From: a virus
Taxonomy: Duplodnaviria; Caudoviricetes
Reading direction: 5' to 3' (one strand)
Virus record (IMG/VR): IMGVR_UViG_3300043409_001689
Location: 1-56,588 of that record
Length of the DNA: 56,588 nt
A program made the translations under genes and the position numbers. The stretch's first letter is position 1; every line of letters begins with the position of its first letter. The notes below the pieces were generated by a model. That model made no database searches. It had not been told where the DNA came from and saw nothing but the letters and a program-made list of their open reading frames with translations. Shown one piece after another: positions 29,336-39,463 of this stretch.

Positions 29336-29827
29336 ATGAATTTTATAACTTCTACTACTGGAAATCTAATAAGACTTATCAATAAGTCTGACCCTTCGGA
29401 TAGGGATTTAATAGTTCAATTCGTTCCCGAATCGCTGGGCTTTAGTAGGGGTATGCGGATTGAAGACATTAATATTATAGGGCGTAATTTGCCTTTCTAT
29501 CAGTACACAAGCGGAGATAGGGAGTTCTCCGTGGAACTTGACTTTCACACCCAAGAAGAAGACGGACAAGACGTTTTGAATAATGTTCGATGGCTTGAAG
29601 CTAAGACCATGAACGAGACTTTCCAAAAGGGGGCTTGTAGTATCTTGGTGCAAATGGGAGCAGTCTTTTCGGACAAGTCTTGGATTATCAAAAGCCTTTC
29701 TTATGACCTTATGGACTTTGACCATTTAAAAAATCTTGCACCACGAAGAGCAAAGGTAAAACTTAGCTTTTGCCAAGAGGAAACCGAGCAAGGTGTAAAG
29801 CGTTCAAACTTTTTAAATAGCTTCTAA
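29336..29827 (+). CDS. Baseplate/tube initiator protein
   Basis: QF.PES, I.GR..P.YQY..G.R, PRRA.V.LSF pattern. Confidence 0.7.
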   Translation: MNFITSTTGNLIRLINKSDPSDRDLIVQFVPESLGFSRGMRIEDINIIGRNLPFYQYTSGDREFSVELDFHTQEEDGQDVLNNVRWLEAKTMNETFQKGACSILVQMGAVFSDKSWIIKSLSYDLMDFDHLKNLAPRRAKVKLSFCQEETEQGVKRSNFLNSF

Positions 29828-29828
29828 G

Positions 29829-30572
29829 ATGCCACAAATTAGCAACGATAATCTTTTCAATACTGGCTACGGTCTTATAATAGACACGCCTTATTTAGTT
29901 CGTGAAAAGCTATCGGTCAAACCGCATAGGCTTGATAGGTGGCACATGGTAGTAGAGGGCGATAGGCTTGAACTGCTTTCTTGGAAATACTATTCTCAAT
30001 ACACGGTTGACGCTCAAAATTGGTGGTGGTTATTGGCAGATGCCAACAATATCTCAAACCCCTTTGCGCTTTCTAACTACGTTGGTAGATACTTTTTGAT
30101 ACCCGACTTCTTCCGCGCGCAGCTTCTTGTCAATGAATTATCGAATGACTTAGGTACTAAGAAGTTTGGAGAATTTATTAAAGCTTATGACCAAGAAGCA
30201 GATTATTCTATCAACGAAATTTATCCATTGTCTTTTGGGAGTAGCGGGGGAGATATATTGCCCGACTACGGAACGCCTACCCCTACCATACCGACTGACC
30301 CTCATGGCAATTGCACCCCTAAAAGAGTTCACTTATTCTTTGAAATGCAAAACGGAGGGGGCTACAAGATAGCACACTTGGACGCTGACGGACATATTGA
30401 ATACTATGAAGCTGACCCGAATGACTATTGCAATTCTTTGATAGTTGAACTACCAAGCGCAATAAGACCTCCTACGGATATTCAACTTGATACCCTCACG
30501 CCAATACTGGCGAATGATGAAAATAGCTTTAGTCTTCAAGGAAATGAAATCCTTGCAAATGATGAAATATGA
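29829..30572 (+). CDS. LysM/tail-X-like baseplate protein with C-terminal extension
   Basis: H.VVEGDRL..LS..YY...WW..ADAN.I.NP...G..L.IP. Confidence 0.78.
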   Translation: MPQISNDNLFNTGYGLIIDTPYLVREKLSVKPHRLDRWHMVVEGDRLELLSWKYYSQYTVDAQNWWWLLADANNISNPFALSNYVGRYFLIPDFFRAQLLVNELSNDLGTKKFGEFIKAYDQEADYSINEIYPLSFGSSGGDILPDYGTPTPTIPTDPHGNCTPKRVHLFFEMQNGGGYKIAHLDADGHIEYYEADPNDYCNSLIVELPSAIRPPTDIQLDTLTPILANDENSFSLQGNEILANDEI

Positions 30573-32047
30573 AAACAGCCTTTGTAAAAGTGTGGCTCGG
30601 GTCCTGGGATTTATCGACTTATGTAGAATCATTGCGCTATGATAGAAGCAACGAAAAAGACGACTATGTGAATATTCGCATCAAGGATAACCCTTTGTTT
30701 GACTTAGCTAACGATTCAAGGATAGTCAACGGGGCTTTATTGAACTTCCAATACGGCTTCTTGCAAGGCATACCTTCTCCTATTCACGTCACCAAGATTA
30801 CAGACATTAAGGTAAGCTATCGTGGGGCTATAAGCATTGAATTAAAGTGCCTTGACAAAGGCAATACCATAAAGCAAGATAACTCCAACGTCTCCCGAAG
30901 TGGTCTTGCAAGTAGCATAGCCCAAGAGATTGCAGACAAGTACGGAATGACTTTAGAAACACAACCTAATCACACCTACAAGTCTTATAAAAGCCTACCC
31001 CAAGCCTTCAAGAGCGACTTTGAACTTCTTGAATATATGGCGCAAAAGGAAGGAGGGTTTGAAGTATTTGTAAATTCAAATACGTTAGTTTTTAGGGCTG
31101 CGGACTTAGGAAAGAAAGCCAAACGCCTTTTTACCTTTGGCAAAGACTTGATAAGCCTTTCGATTGAACTGAGGGGGGCGCACCGTAAGAAGGCATTGAG
31201 TTCAATCGCTTCCTTCACCATTGATAGAGACAAGAAGTCTTTGAAAGCCGCTTTTCAGTCTTCTACGTACACTTACGAAAAATCAATGAGTTTTAAAGAA
31301 GCGCAAGGAATATCAAACACCATGACGCTTGATGGATATAGAAGACAATTTGACGATATAAGGTCAAGTCCTAAGAAGTTGAACGATAGGATTACTAAAG
31401 AAAGACTTGCCGCGGACGAAAGATTCAAAGGAAGACTATATGTAGCTTCACAGCAAGTTGCTGCCAATATCTTAAATGAGAATTTAGGAAAGGATAATGA
31501 TAGGGCTTGGAAAGAAACTAAGGAATACTTGAAGCAAAACTTTGGCACGGACGACTTGTCAAGCTTTACTACGGAATCAGATAGAAAAGGGAACATCATC
31601 AAAATAATTCCAATAGAACGAAGCTACAGTCAAAACCCTAATCCTTTTGGAAGCTTCGGGGCTTCGGGGGGAGAAGACATGGAAAGCGAGAACAAGAAGG
31701 CACGAAAGAAAATCTTGACGGCTACCCTTGAAATCGAATTGGACACTTCTTTTAATGTAGGAGATATTGTAACTTTATCGGGCGTGGCAAAGGCTCATTC
31801 GGGCAATTGGTACGTCTCTGACATAGACGATTCAATAGGTCAAGGGGCGGCAACCACAAGACTTTCTTTGACGCGTGATAGTTCTAATGGGAAAATGACC
31901 GTTGAAAGCGGAAAGACCAATGGGAGCATTAATAATTCTAAGGGAAAAGAAGAAGGTGGTGAAAAGAATAAGAGCGAACTAAGGTTCAAGTTTGATTCAA
32001 AGGGCAATTACGAAAACCGTTACGCAAAATACGATGAAGGAAATTAA
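30569..32047 (+). CDS. Baseplate hub (late control D/gp27-like)
   Basis: S.IA..IA.KYG, Q..SDFE.L..A..EG, GV....SG.WYV motifs. Confidence 0.8.
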   Translation: MKTAFVKVWLGSWDLSTYVESLRYDRSNEKDDYVNIRIKDNPLFDLANDSRIVNGALLNFQYGFLQGIPSPIHVTKITDIKVSYRGAISIELKCLDKGNTIKQDNSNVSRSGLASSIAQEIADKYGMTLETQPNHTYKSYKSLPQAFKSDFELLEYMAQKEGGFEVFVNSNTLVFRAADLGKKAKRLFTFGKDLISLSIELRGAHRKKALSSIASFTIDRDKKSLKAAFQSSTYTYEKSMSFKEAQGISNTMTLDGYRRQFDDIRSSPKKLNDRITKERLAADERFKGRLYVASQQVAANILNENLGKDNDRAWKETKEYLKQNFGTDDLSSFTTESDRKGNIIKIIPIERSYSQNPNPFGSFGASGGEDMESENKKARKKILTATLEIELDTSFNVGDIVTLSGVAKAHSGNWYVSDIDDSIGQGAATTRLSLTRDSSNGKMTVESGKTNGSINNSKGKEEGGEKNKSELRFKFDSKGNYENRYAKYDEGN

Positions 32048-32699
32048 GGATAGTATCAAAGAAAAAGGGGTAGAAAGCTTTGGGCGGTTCTACTCAATAT
32101 ATCGGGCTTATTGCATAGACAATAAAGACCCCGAGAACATGGGTAGAATTAAAGTGCTTTGCCCGGTTATCTTTGGTGAAGTTCCCTTCGGGGAGTGGGT
32201 GCATAGCTTTGGCATGGTAGCTGGGGCAAATCATGGGATAGTCTCTATTCCTTCTATTGGTGACGCTATCAATCTCTTTTTTGAATCGGGCGACATTTAT
32301 AGCCCTGTGTGGACTTATGGGTGGTTTGGTGCTGACGAGATGCCCGAAGAAGCAAAAGGAAGATATGATGAAGTATTGCTTTTAAAGACCAAAGGCGGTC
32401 AAATGGTCTTAATAGATGATGTAGAAGGCTCTGTAAAGATTGCTAATACTAACGGTGATAGTATTTTAATGGAAAAGGATAAAGTGACCGTGGACGCTAA
32501 AAAAGTGGTGCTTTCGGGGGATGCGGAAAAGGCGGTACTTGGGGATAAACTTGATAGCTTTTTTGGAAAACTGATTGATACTATCTCAAAAGCTAAGAAT
32601 GCACAAGGGATTCCTTTTTCACCCGACGATATTTCAGCTATTCAAAAACTAAAGTTAGAAACAAAGACTTTTTTATCTGAAAATGTAAGTTTGAAATGA
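32034..32699 (+). CDS. Baseplate spike (gpV/VgrG OB-fold)
   Basis: DNKDPE.MGRIKV, P.IGD...FE.GD...PV motifs. Confidence 0.88.
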   Translation: MKEIKDSIKEKGVESFGRFYSIYRAYCIDNKDPENMGRIKVLCPVIFGEVPFGEWVHSFGMVAGANHGIVSIPSIGDAINLFFESGDIYSPVWTYGWFGADEMPEEAKGRYDEVLLLKTKGGQMVLIDDVEGSVKIANTNGDSILMEKDKVTVDAKKVVLSGDAEKAVLGDKLDSFFGKLIDTISKAKNAQGIPFSPDDISAIQKLKLETKTFLSENVSLK

Positions 32700-33085
32700 T
32701 AGATTCCATAGGATATAGCTACTTAGGTACTACCATAGAACACCCAATAAAACTTTTGGTAGGAGGAAGACCCGTCTTAGGACAAGGACGGATAAGCGTT
32801 GAGCAAAGTATTAGGCATATACTTGATACGCCTAAAGGAAGCCTTTTCTTTAAGCCCGAATACGGAAGTGACTTAAAGAAATTGATTTTTAGAAGCAATG
32901 ATGAAAGTCTTTGGAATCTCCTAAAGACTTTCATCAAAGAAGCCTTACTTCAAGAAGGACGCATAGAAGTCTTGGGGGTGACGGTGCAAGCTGATGGTGA
33001 TACTTGCCCATGCTTTATATCTTACCGATATAAGGGCATGAATGAAATTAATTCAATGGTTTATCCTTTTTATCGAAATCTTTAA
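32696..33085 (+). CDS. Baseplate wedge gp25/GpW-like protein
   Basis: QSI..IL.TPKG....PEYGS..., E.RI, VYPFY. Confidence 0.88.
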   Translation: MIDSIGYSYLGTTIEHPIKLLVGGRPVLGQGRISVEQSIRHILDTPKGSLFFKPEYGSDLKKLIFRSNDESLWNLLKTFIKEALLQEGRIEVLGVTVQADGDTCPCFISYRYKGMNEINSMVYPFYRNL

Positions 33086-33125
33086 GAATTGAATTTTGAA
33101 AACGATTTTTTCAATGTAATGATTT

Positions 33126-33452
33126 TTAACGTCCTTCCCATGCTTTCTCATAAGCTTGCATCATAGCCAAAGAACTATCATAGACTAATTCATAAGACGG
33201 TATGAAGTCTTGTGGGTGCTTCCCATTTTCACACGCTTGAAGAGTCATAAATCCAGCACATTCCTTAGATTCACTTGTAACGCAAGTGCCGTCTCGGTCT
33301 TCATCATATCCAAGAGTCTTATGGCAAGAAAAAGAATTATAGGGGTTTTGTGCAGAATAAGCTATTTCAGTAGCCCTATTAGGGTGCAAGAAAGGTTTTT
33401 TATCTATCCTAAAAGGGCAGTCCTTGCAAGGGGTTTTCATAAAGTCTGACAT
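33126..33452 (-). CDS. Cys-rich hypothetical protein (putative Zn-binding)
   Basis: PCKDCPFR...FSCHK...CAG motif. Confidence 0.7.
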   Translation of the reverse strand: MSDFMKTPCKDCPFRIDKKPFLHPNRATEIAYSAQNPYNSFSCHKTLGYDEDRDGTCVTSESKECAGFMTLQACENGKHPQDFIPSYELVYDSSLAMMQAYEKAWEGR

Positions 33453-33480
33453 TTGTTGATTATTTTTCAAGTTTTCTTAA

Positions 33481-34155
33481 CTAATCTTTAATGACTTCTA
33501 AAATAGCCAAATAATAATCCTGTAACTGCTTTAGTTGATTGGGTTTTAAAGTTCTAAAATCCAATCTGTTAAAACGCTCCGCAATTGGATTAACAGGCTT
33601 GTACTCTTTGATGCCACTATCGGGTAACTTGAATATCTTTTCATCAATAATATCTTTAAGATACTGAGGGGTATTATCAATATCCTTTTGCATATTAGCC
33701 ATATCACTATCGTTAAAGTGCTTAAAAACGGTGTATATCAAACCCCGTTTAATTTCAAAAGGCGCGCGGCTAAATTTGTCAATAAGGCGGTGCATGGCAT
33801 CTTGAACCAATGCCGACTCAGCTGTATCTTCTTTCACGAAAGGCTTGTAAGAATCAATAAGTTCTTTGAAAGTCACTTGCTTCTTGTGCCAATACTTATC
33901 CATTAAAACCTTGACATCTTCGTCGGATGCTCCAAAAAACTCTTTACAATCGTCAAGAACATAATCCAATGATGTGCCTGATACATTGGCAATAGATTCA
34001 CCAATAGCATATTGACGTGCAACGTCTTCAAGCGTAAAGGCAATAGGTTCTTTACTTGTGCCAATTATATGCTTAAAAATTTTTTTACCTTTCAGTTTAC
34101 CGTCAATCTCAAAGGAAAACTTTAAAGAAAGGTAGTCTTTTTTTTCTTTTGCCAT
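33481..34155 (-). CDS. Hypothetical protein
   Basis: ATG 34155 downstream of promoter TATATTTG (34182-34189). Confidence 0.7.
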   Translation of the reverse strand: MAKEKKDYLSLKFSFEIDGKLKGKKIFKHIIGTSKEPIAFTLEDVARQYAIGESIANVSGTSLDYVLDDCKEFFGASDEDVKVLMDKYWHKKQVTFKELIDSYKPFVKEDTAESALVQDAMHRLIDKFSRAPFEIKRGLIYTVFKHFNDSDMANMQKDIDNTPQYLKDIIDEKIFKLPDSGIKEYKPVNPIAERFNRLDFRTLKPNQLKQLQDYYLAILEVIKD

Positions 34156-34277
34156 AATTATTGTTGATTTTAATTTCAATACAAATATATAACAATTTTT
34201 CAAGACCGCAAACTTTTTTTGAAAGAATTATAATTATTTTTGGCATATTGTAGAAATCAAAATTAACATTTAATTAA

Positions 34278-35918
34278 ATGGCGAACAGGCTTCTATCATA
34301 CATAACAAGAACCTACGAACAAGGGATTGATACTATTTTAGGTTATATGACGGTCAATTTACCCGAAATGACTGACCATACTTTGGGAAATCCTTTCGTG
34401 AGAATGGTTCATGTATGGCTTGCCATGTTCGAGCAGCACCAATATTATATTGATGATGCAGCCAATGAAAATTTCTTGCACCTCGCAAGACGCTATAAAT
34501 CCTTAGTGGCTCATGCAAGGGCTAATGACTACCGCATAAGACTTTCTTCACCCGCTACGGTTGACCTTACGTTTGAACTCAATCAAGCAGCAACAAGCGA
34601 AATAACAATTCCTATCAATACCCAAGTGTTGTCTGAAAGTGGTAATGTCTCTTTTTGGACTACGGAAGTAGGCACTATTGCAATAGGTCAAAGAAGCGTC
34701 TTGGTGAAAGCGAAGCAAGAAAACCCTTTGACTATTTCAAAGACTATTAATTGTATTGGGGGTAAATGGCAGCAGTACGCCTTAGAGTCCAATGTAAGCG
34801 AAGGAACAGTACAAGTGATTGACCAAACCAATGAATACTACCTTGTAAAAGATACTTTGCTTTATTCAAAGGCTGAAAAAGTCTTTGTTCCCAATGTTCA
34901 TTATGACGGAACACCTATTGTTCAGTTTGGTGATGGGGTTACTGGTGCCAGCCCGAACGCTTCGGAAGTCCTAACGGTGCAATGGAAAGAAACTTTAGGC
35001 TTTAATGGAAACTTGAAAGCCTACACGTTAACTCGCCTTGCGACTTCTTTAAGCCTTCCAAATGGACTCACTATAAAGGTCTATAATGTGAATCAAGCAA
35101 GCGGGGGCAAAGGAATTGACAATGTGGCAGACATTCGCAAAGGCATTGAGAGCCAAAAGCGGACTTTAGGAACTGCTATAATGAAACAAGACTTTCAGAT
35201 GCTTGCCGAAGGAGTAGCGGGAGTGTTGAAAGCGGGGGTGAAAAGCGTATGCGGAAAACCTTTAGAAGTTTATATAATTCCTGTTGGTGGGGGGATAGCT
35301 TCAAACACTTTGAAGGATTCGGTTTATAGTCTCTTGGAAGCTAAAAGGGTTTTTGGTAGGAAGTTGGAAGTTAAGCCTACGGGTGTATTAAGACTTCTCT
35401 TAAGCATCAATGTAAGATTAAATGGTTCTTATGTAGAAACGGCTAAGAGGGAAGAGATTACGGCAGCTTTGATAGATTTCCTAAGCTATCAAAAGCAAGA
35501 AATAGGGGGAACTTTGGCTATGTCCGACATCTATCAAATCGTAGAAGGAATACAAGGGGTAGGAAACTCTGATATTATAGATATGCGGGTAAAGCCTTAT
35601 GCAAGACCAATATTGGGTAATGAAACACCTTTGGCTTGGACGGTGGACTTGAAGAAAGGCTCGGAGACTACCCATGAGTGGCTTATAGGCTTTGTGACTT
35701 CTACAAAGTTTAATGTATTCAAGAACAATGAACTTGTAAAGACTGCCTTAATAGGCGAACTTATAGACACTCCCGAAGTTTCCTTTACGCTTTTGGGGGC
35801 TTACACCGCAGGGCAAAAGTGGTCTTTCGTGACTTACAAGGGGTTTGGCTCGGTGAATACCAATGAAATGTCAATCATCATATCGGACTCCTCCGATATT
35901 AATATCAAATTCATTTGA
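34278..35918 (+). CDS. Baseplate J/gp6-like wedge protein
   Basis: E.FL..ARR..S, FGDG..G..P, A.GG, DF..LA..V.GV.KA motifs. Confidence 0.9.
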   Translation: MANRLLSYITRTYEQGIDTILGYMTVNLPEMTDHTLGNPFVRMVHVWLAMFEQHQYYIDDAANENFLHLARRYKSLVAHARANDYRIRLSSPATVDLTFELNQAATSEITIPINTQVLSESGNVSFWTTEVGTIAIGQRSVLVKAKQENPLTISKTINCIGGKWQQYALESNVSEGTVQVIDQTNEYYLVKDTLLYSKAEKVFVPNVHYDGTPIVQFGDGVTGASPNASEVLTVQWKETLGFNGNLKAYTLTRLATSLSLPNGLTIKVYNVNQASGGKGIDNVADIRKGIESQKRTLGTAIMKQDFQMLAEGVAGVLKAGVKSVCGKPLEVYIIPVGGGIASNTLKDSVYSLLEAKRVFGRKLEVKPTGVLRLLLSINVRLNGSYVETAKREEITAALIDFLSYQKQEIGGTLAMSDIYQIVEGIQGVGNSDIIDMRVKPYARPILGNETPLAWTVDLKKGSETTHEWLIGFVTSTKFNVFKNNELVKTALIGELIDTPEVSFTLLGAYTAGQKWSFVTYKGFGSVNTNEMSIIISDSSDINIKFI

Positions 35919-36514
35919 TGCCTATTCAAGATACCATATTCTCATTGTTCGGCTCGGGGGAAAAGCGGACGGACACTTACAGAGATTCCAACGGCAAAGG
36001 TGTCTTGGAACGCTTCAATGAGTGTATTGGAAAAGATATGGACTTTTTGACCGTGGAACTTGAAGGTATGGCGGTCAAGTTGAATGACATTTATCAAGCC
36101 GACTTTCACACGCTTTCAGTCATTTGCGAAGGCTTAGGGCTTCCTTACCAAGAACTCTACAAAGGTTCGGACATAGACGTTCTAAGACGTATTGCAAAGT
36201 ATTCTAAAGGCATCATTGAGAATAGGTCAAATAAGGACGGGGTGAAACTAATCACCTACTTAATACTGCCAATGGTGACGGTAGAAGTAATTGAAGACTT
36301 CCCTATTTCGGGCTTTGATTCTTCTATTACTTTAGATGATTCCAAGAGGGTTTTTGATACTTCGGGAGGGCTTGCTTGCGTTGGGCTATCCTTTGAATTT
36401 AATAGTCCAATAGTTCTTAGTGAAGATGAAAAAGAAACGATGCGCCTTATTGCTTCTTTCAATACCCCCATTGACTGCCTTTCGGTGGTCAAATTAAACG
36501 GTACGATAATTTAA
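35918..36514 (+). CDS. Baseplate wedge (tail I/gp7-like)
   Basis: Follows the J-like gene; size. Confidence 0.65.
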   Translation: MPIQDTIFSLFGSGEKRTDTYRDSNGKGVLERFNECIGKDMDFLTVELEGMAVKLNDIYQADFHTLSVICEGLGLPYQELYKGSDIDVLRRIAKYSKGIIENRSNKDGVKLITYLILPMVTVEVIEDFPISGFDSSITLDDSKRVFDTSGGLACVGLSFEFNSPIVLSEDEKETMRLIASFNTPIDCLSVVKLNGTII

Positions 36515-36530
36515 CGAAAATTTTAAGATA

Positions 36531-38153
36531 ATGCAAAGGAGAACTTTTGAGTTTCAAGCCGACGACTTGACAAATGATTTGAACGCTTCCATAACTGGCT
36601 TGGTAGATGCGGGGGTCTATCGTGGCTTTGATAGTATTGATTACTTACAAGGAAGTCTTTGGATAGACTTTAACCATGATGTTACCGCCTTTCCTTTCTT
36701 TGATAATGGCACTACTCACGGGGCTTGCGGTTTAGTGGTTACTCCAAAGGGTTGCCGAATTGTAGAAACTACAAGAGTCCGTGTCAGCTTTTCATTATCT
36801 AATCCAAGTATTACGAGGGTTCACGCTTTAGTTTGTGAACATCTTAGGGTAGATACCGTAGGGGGCAATATTGCCAACTACTACTTCCAAGACCCTACTG
36901 ACCCTATCAATGGTGATATGGTGCATATTGGGAACTTGTACGAGTTTTCGGACGGCTCTTTAATTTGGGAAAGAAATATGTCAAGACTTCTTGGAGGGCG
37001 CAGCATAGAAACTGAAAACTTGCAAAAAGCCATGTGGCGGGAAAAGTCTTTGGTAGCTTTGATAGACGCGCGGGGGAGATTAGGGATTACTGAGGGAGCA
37101 AGCATCTTTGATGTGCAAGGCGAAGACAAGACGATTTATAGCCTTCCAAACTTTTCCAATAGTCTTGGTACAAAAACTGGTGCCAGTATTATCTTGAAGG
37201 CTCTTTCAAGTTTCAAGATAAGCGACAAAAATCCTATCCCTGTGCTTCCTTTTAATAGCGTTGAAAAGCCGATTAATCTTGGCGGGGAAGATGAAATAGA
37301 AATCACTATTGGAGGATTCGTGGAACTTTTAGAAGGTGAAAGCTTTTGGCACGTCAAGAATATTTGGACTGCTCAAATATCTTCGGCTTCCTTGTATCAC
37401 CGTTTGTCTAACATGGACGAGTGGGGCTTTCTTGAAGATTTTAGGACTTCTGTACACTACACTTTAAGAAAGAAGGAAAGTACGGGAGTGGCAAATGGTC
37501 TTATCGTAACGTCTAACAAGCACCGCTTCATAGAAGTTACGGTGGAAGAAGGTGAGGAGGTTTTAGGTTTTTCCCAACCTTTTGAAGTAGGTTCGGAAGT
37601 GACTATAAATTTTGTAGTGCCTACTGGAATAGCCTATTTAAAAAACTTTGTTGGTAATAGTATTGCTAAGTTCAAGACTTTTAATAGTTTTGACGGAATT
37701 TTGAAAAGTTCAAGTATTGTTAAAGGGATTCAGCTTCCGGACAGGTTCTTAGTGACGGAATTTGAAGCACTTGAAATTTGGCAAGTTCCTATAAGTTCTT
37801 CTTTGCCCATTCAAAATTCAGTCTATGGAAGTCCGTTTGGATTTCGCAAGAGAATTGATGGATTTGTAGAATTTAGGGGGAGCATCATTACGCCTTTGGA
37901 AGACTTTTCTTTTACTATTTCAAGAGACTTGTTTCCTAATCTTGAGGAAAGTGTTTATGAAAAAGAGATTACTATTCCACCATTAAGAAACATAAACGAT
38001 ACGAAGGATTCGGTAAGATACAAGGTAGATTCTACAATAGTCAACGGAGTTCCTGTTTTTGGAAACACGATAACATTTACTATTGTAAATCCTACTGATA
38101 ATACAGAATCAATAGAATATAACTTTGATTACGTCTTAATGTCTTACAAATAA
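36531..38153 (+). CDS. Tail fibre/receptor-binding protein
   Basis: Last baseplate gene; C-terminal FRKRIDG.VE.RG pattern. Confidence 0.6.
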   Translation: MQRRTFEFQADDLTNDLNASITGLVDAGVYRGFDSIDYLQGSLWIDFNHDVTAFPFFDNGTTHGACGLVVTPKGCRIVETTRVRVSFSLSNPSITRVHALVCEHLRVDTVGGNIANYYFQDPTDPINGDMVHIGNLYEFSDGSLIWERNMSRLLGGRSIETENLQKAMWREKSLVALIDARGRLGITEGASIFDVQGEDKTIYSLPNFSNSLGTKTGASIILKALSSFKISDKNPIPVLPFNSVEKPINLGGEDEIEITIGGFVELLEGESFWHVKNIWTAQISSASLYHRLSNMDEWGFLEDFRTSVHYTLRKKESTGVANGLIVTSNKHRFIEVTVEEGEEVLGFSQPFEVGSEVTINFVVPTGIAYLKNFVGNSIAKFKTFNSFDGILKSSSIVKGIQLPDRFLVTEFEALEIWQVPISSSLPIQNSVYGSPFGFRKRIDGFVEFRGSIITPLEDFSFTISRDLFPNLEESVYEKEITIPPLRNINDTKDSVRYKVDSTIVNGVPVFGNTITFTIVNPTDNTESIEYNFDYVLMSYK

Positions 38154-38235
38154 TTCAAAAAGACTTATAGATATTTTTTTATTAAATCAAATTTACAGTA
38201 TATTGCACCGTTATTACGATTCATTAAGAGAAACA

Positions 38236-38316
38236 ATGATTTTACTCATTGGCATTTTGATAGGAATGTTAATAATAGGCTTATACTTTTCGTATAAGAT
38301 AAGACGAAAGCGTTAA
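38236..38316 (+). CDS. 26-aa single-TM peptide (not in ORF track)
   Basis: MILLIGILIGMLIIGLYFSYKIRRKR with A-rich leader and upstream TATATTG. Confidence 0.5.
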   Translation: MILLIGILIGMLIIGLYFSYKIRRKR

Positions 38317-38372
38317 GCAGCAGCACACTACAAGTAAAAATATTTTAACGAAAATTTGAAGTTAGTAATCAC

Positions 38373-38780
38373 ATGGAACGTAATGTGCCTAATAAAAGCG
38401 TTGAAAGCCATAAGGCTCGAAAGCACTTCCCAAAAGCATCAACTTCTTTTTTAGAAGTAGTTATGAATACCCAAAAAATTACAGGCGGTGGCGAAGCCTA
38501 CACAGCAAGAATCATTAAAACCTTCTTAGATGAAGTAACTAAAGGCGTCACTAAGTATGGAAGGTTGACGATTCCCGATACTTTTGAAATCTATGTTTCC
38601 GTGCAAGCGGAGAAGCAAAATAATATTAAAAAAGCGGAACGCTTCGGCTCGATAACCGAAATAGTCCCCGAACATTTTATTATAAAAGTCAAACCTCATG
38701 TTCAAATGCGTAAAGTAATACGAAACAAAAGTACAAAGAGTCAATTCATGCCAAAACCAACAAAGGCAGAATTAGGATAG
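38373..38780 (+). CDS. Putative HU/IHF-like DNA-binding protein
   Basis: Basic; IIKTFLDEV...GRLTIP..F...IKVKP pattern. Confidence 0.5.
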   Translation: MERNVPNKSVESHKARKHFPKASTSFLEVVMNTQKITGGGEAYTARIIKTFLDEVTKGVTKYGRLTIPDTFEIYVSVQAEKQNNIKKAERFGSITEIVPEHFIIKVKPHVQMRKVIRNKSTKSQFMPKPTKAELG

Positions 38781-38817
38781 CTTCGGCAAAGTTTTAACGA
38801 AAATTATTGTTTTTATC

Positions 38818-38853
38818 AAAGGACTTGTGCAAATTTAGCATAAGTCCTTTTCT
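38818..38853 (+). terminator. Intrinsic terminator
   Basis: aaaggacttgtgc/gcataagtccttttct. Confidence 0.65.
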
Positions 38854-38912
38854 TATTTAGGCAAATGGCTTAGCAAATTATAATCACTGATTTTCCATAA
38901 AAGCATAGTTAT

Positions 38913-39260
38913 ATGAAAGATTTAATAAAGGCTATCACGGATTTGGTAGCTATTGCACGGAGCGACTTCAAGACTTTTGCTTTTATAGTATCGGTGGTTT
39001 TGAATGGGTTTTCACTTTGGTTTTGCTGGACGCTTGTAACTGATTTAAATACTGAACGCGACAAGAATGACACTACGTGCGAAACTAAAGTAGAAAAGAA
39101 GCAGTTGGCTTTTGATATAGAATTGAAATTAGTAAAAGACGAAAGAGATACTTTGAAAAAACTAATAGTTCAAGAAAGGGAAGACTGTAATTCTACTATT
39201 ATAAAGATGAAGGACGAACAAAAGTCCATATATGAACGAATATTAAAATGGGAAAAATGA
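38913..39260 (+). CDS. Membrane protein of the lysis module (holin-like)
   Basis: N-terminal TM plus coiled coil, upstream of the endolysin. Confidence 0.5.
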   Translation: MKDLIKAITDLVAIARSDFKTFAFIVSVVLNGFSLWFCWTLVTDLNTERDKNDTTCETKVEKKQLAFDIELKLVKDERDTLKKLIVQEREDCNSTIIKMKDEQKSIYERILKWEK

Positions 39261-39463
39261 AAGCAATAACCCTCGTATTAGTAGTTTTTTTTTCTACTTC
39301 ATTCTATTCGGACGCTCCTCGCGGGGAAGTTCCCAAAAAGCCTATATCAGAATTTAAAGATGAAATTCAAAGGCTTCAAGGCAAGGGTCACGAAGCCCAA
39401 AAAGAATTTCAATTAATTAATATTAAAATTGATTCATTATGCAAAAATTACGAAAACTTGTAA
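39248..39463 (+). CDS. Small exported/membrane protein of the lysis module
   Basis: Hydrophobic N-terminus; overlaps both neighbours. Confidence 0.55.
   Translation: MGKMKAITLVLVVFFSTSFYSDAPRGEVPKKPISEFKDEIQRLQGKGHEAQKEFQLINIKIDSLCKNYENL

Noticed and set aside
23363-38153. Tail module as an extracellular contractile injection system or tailocin
   Set aside because: Terminase, portal, capsid and replication genes are present, so this is a phage.
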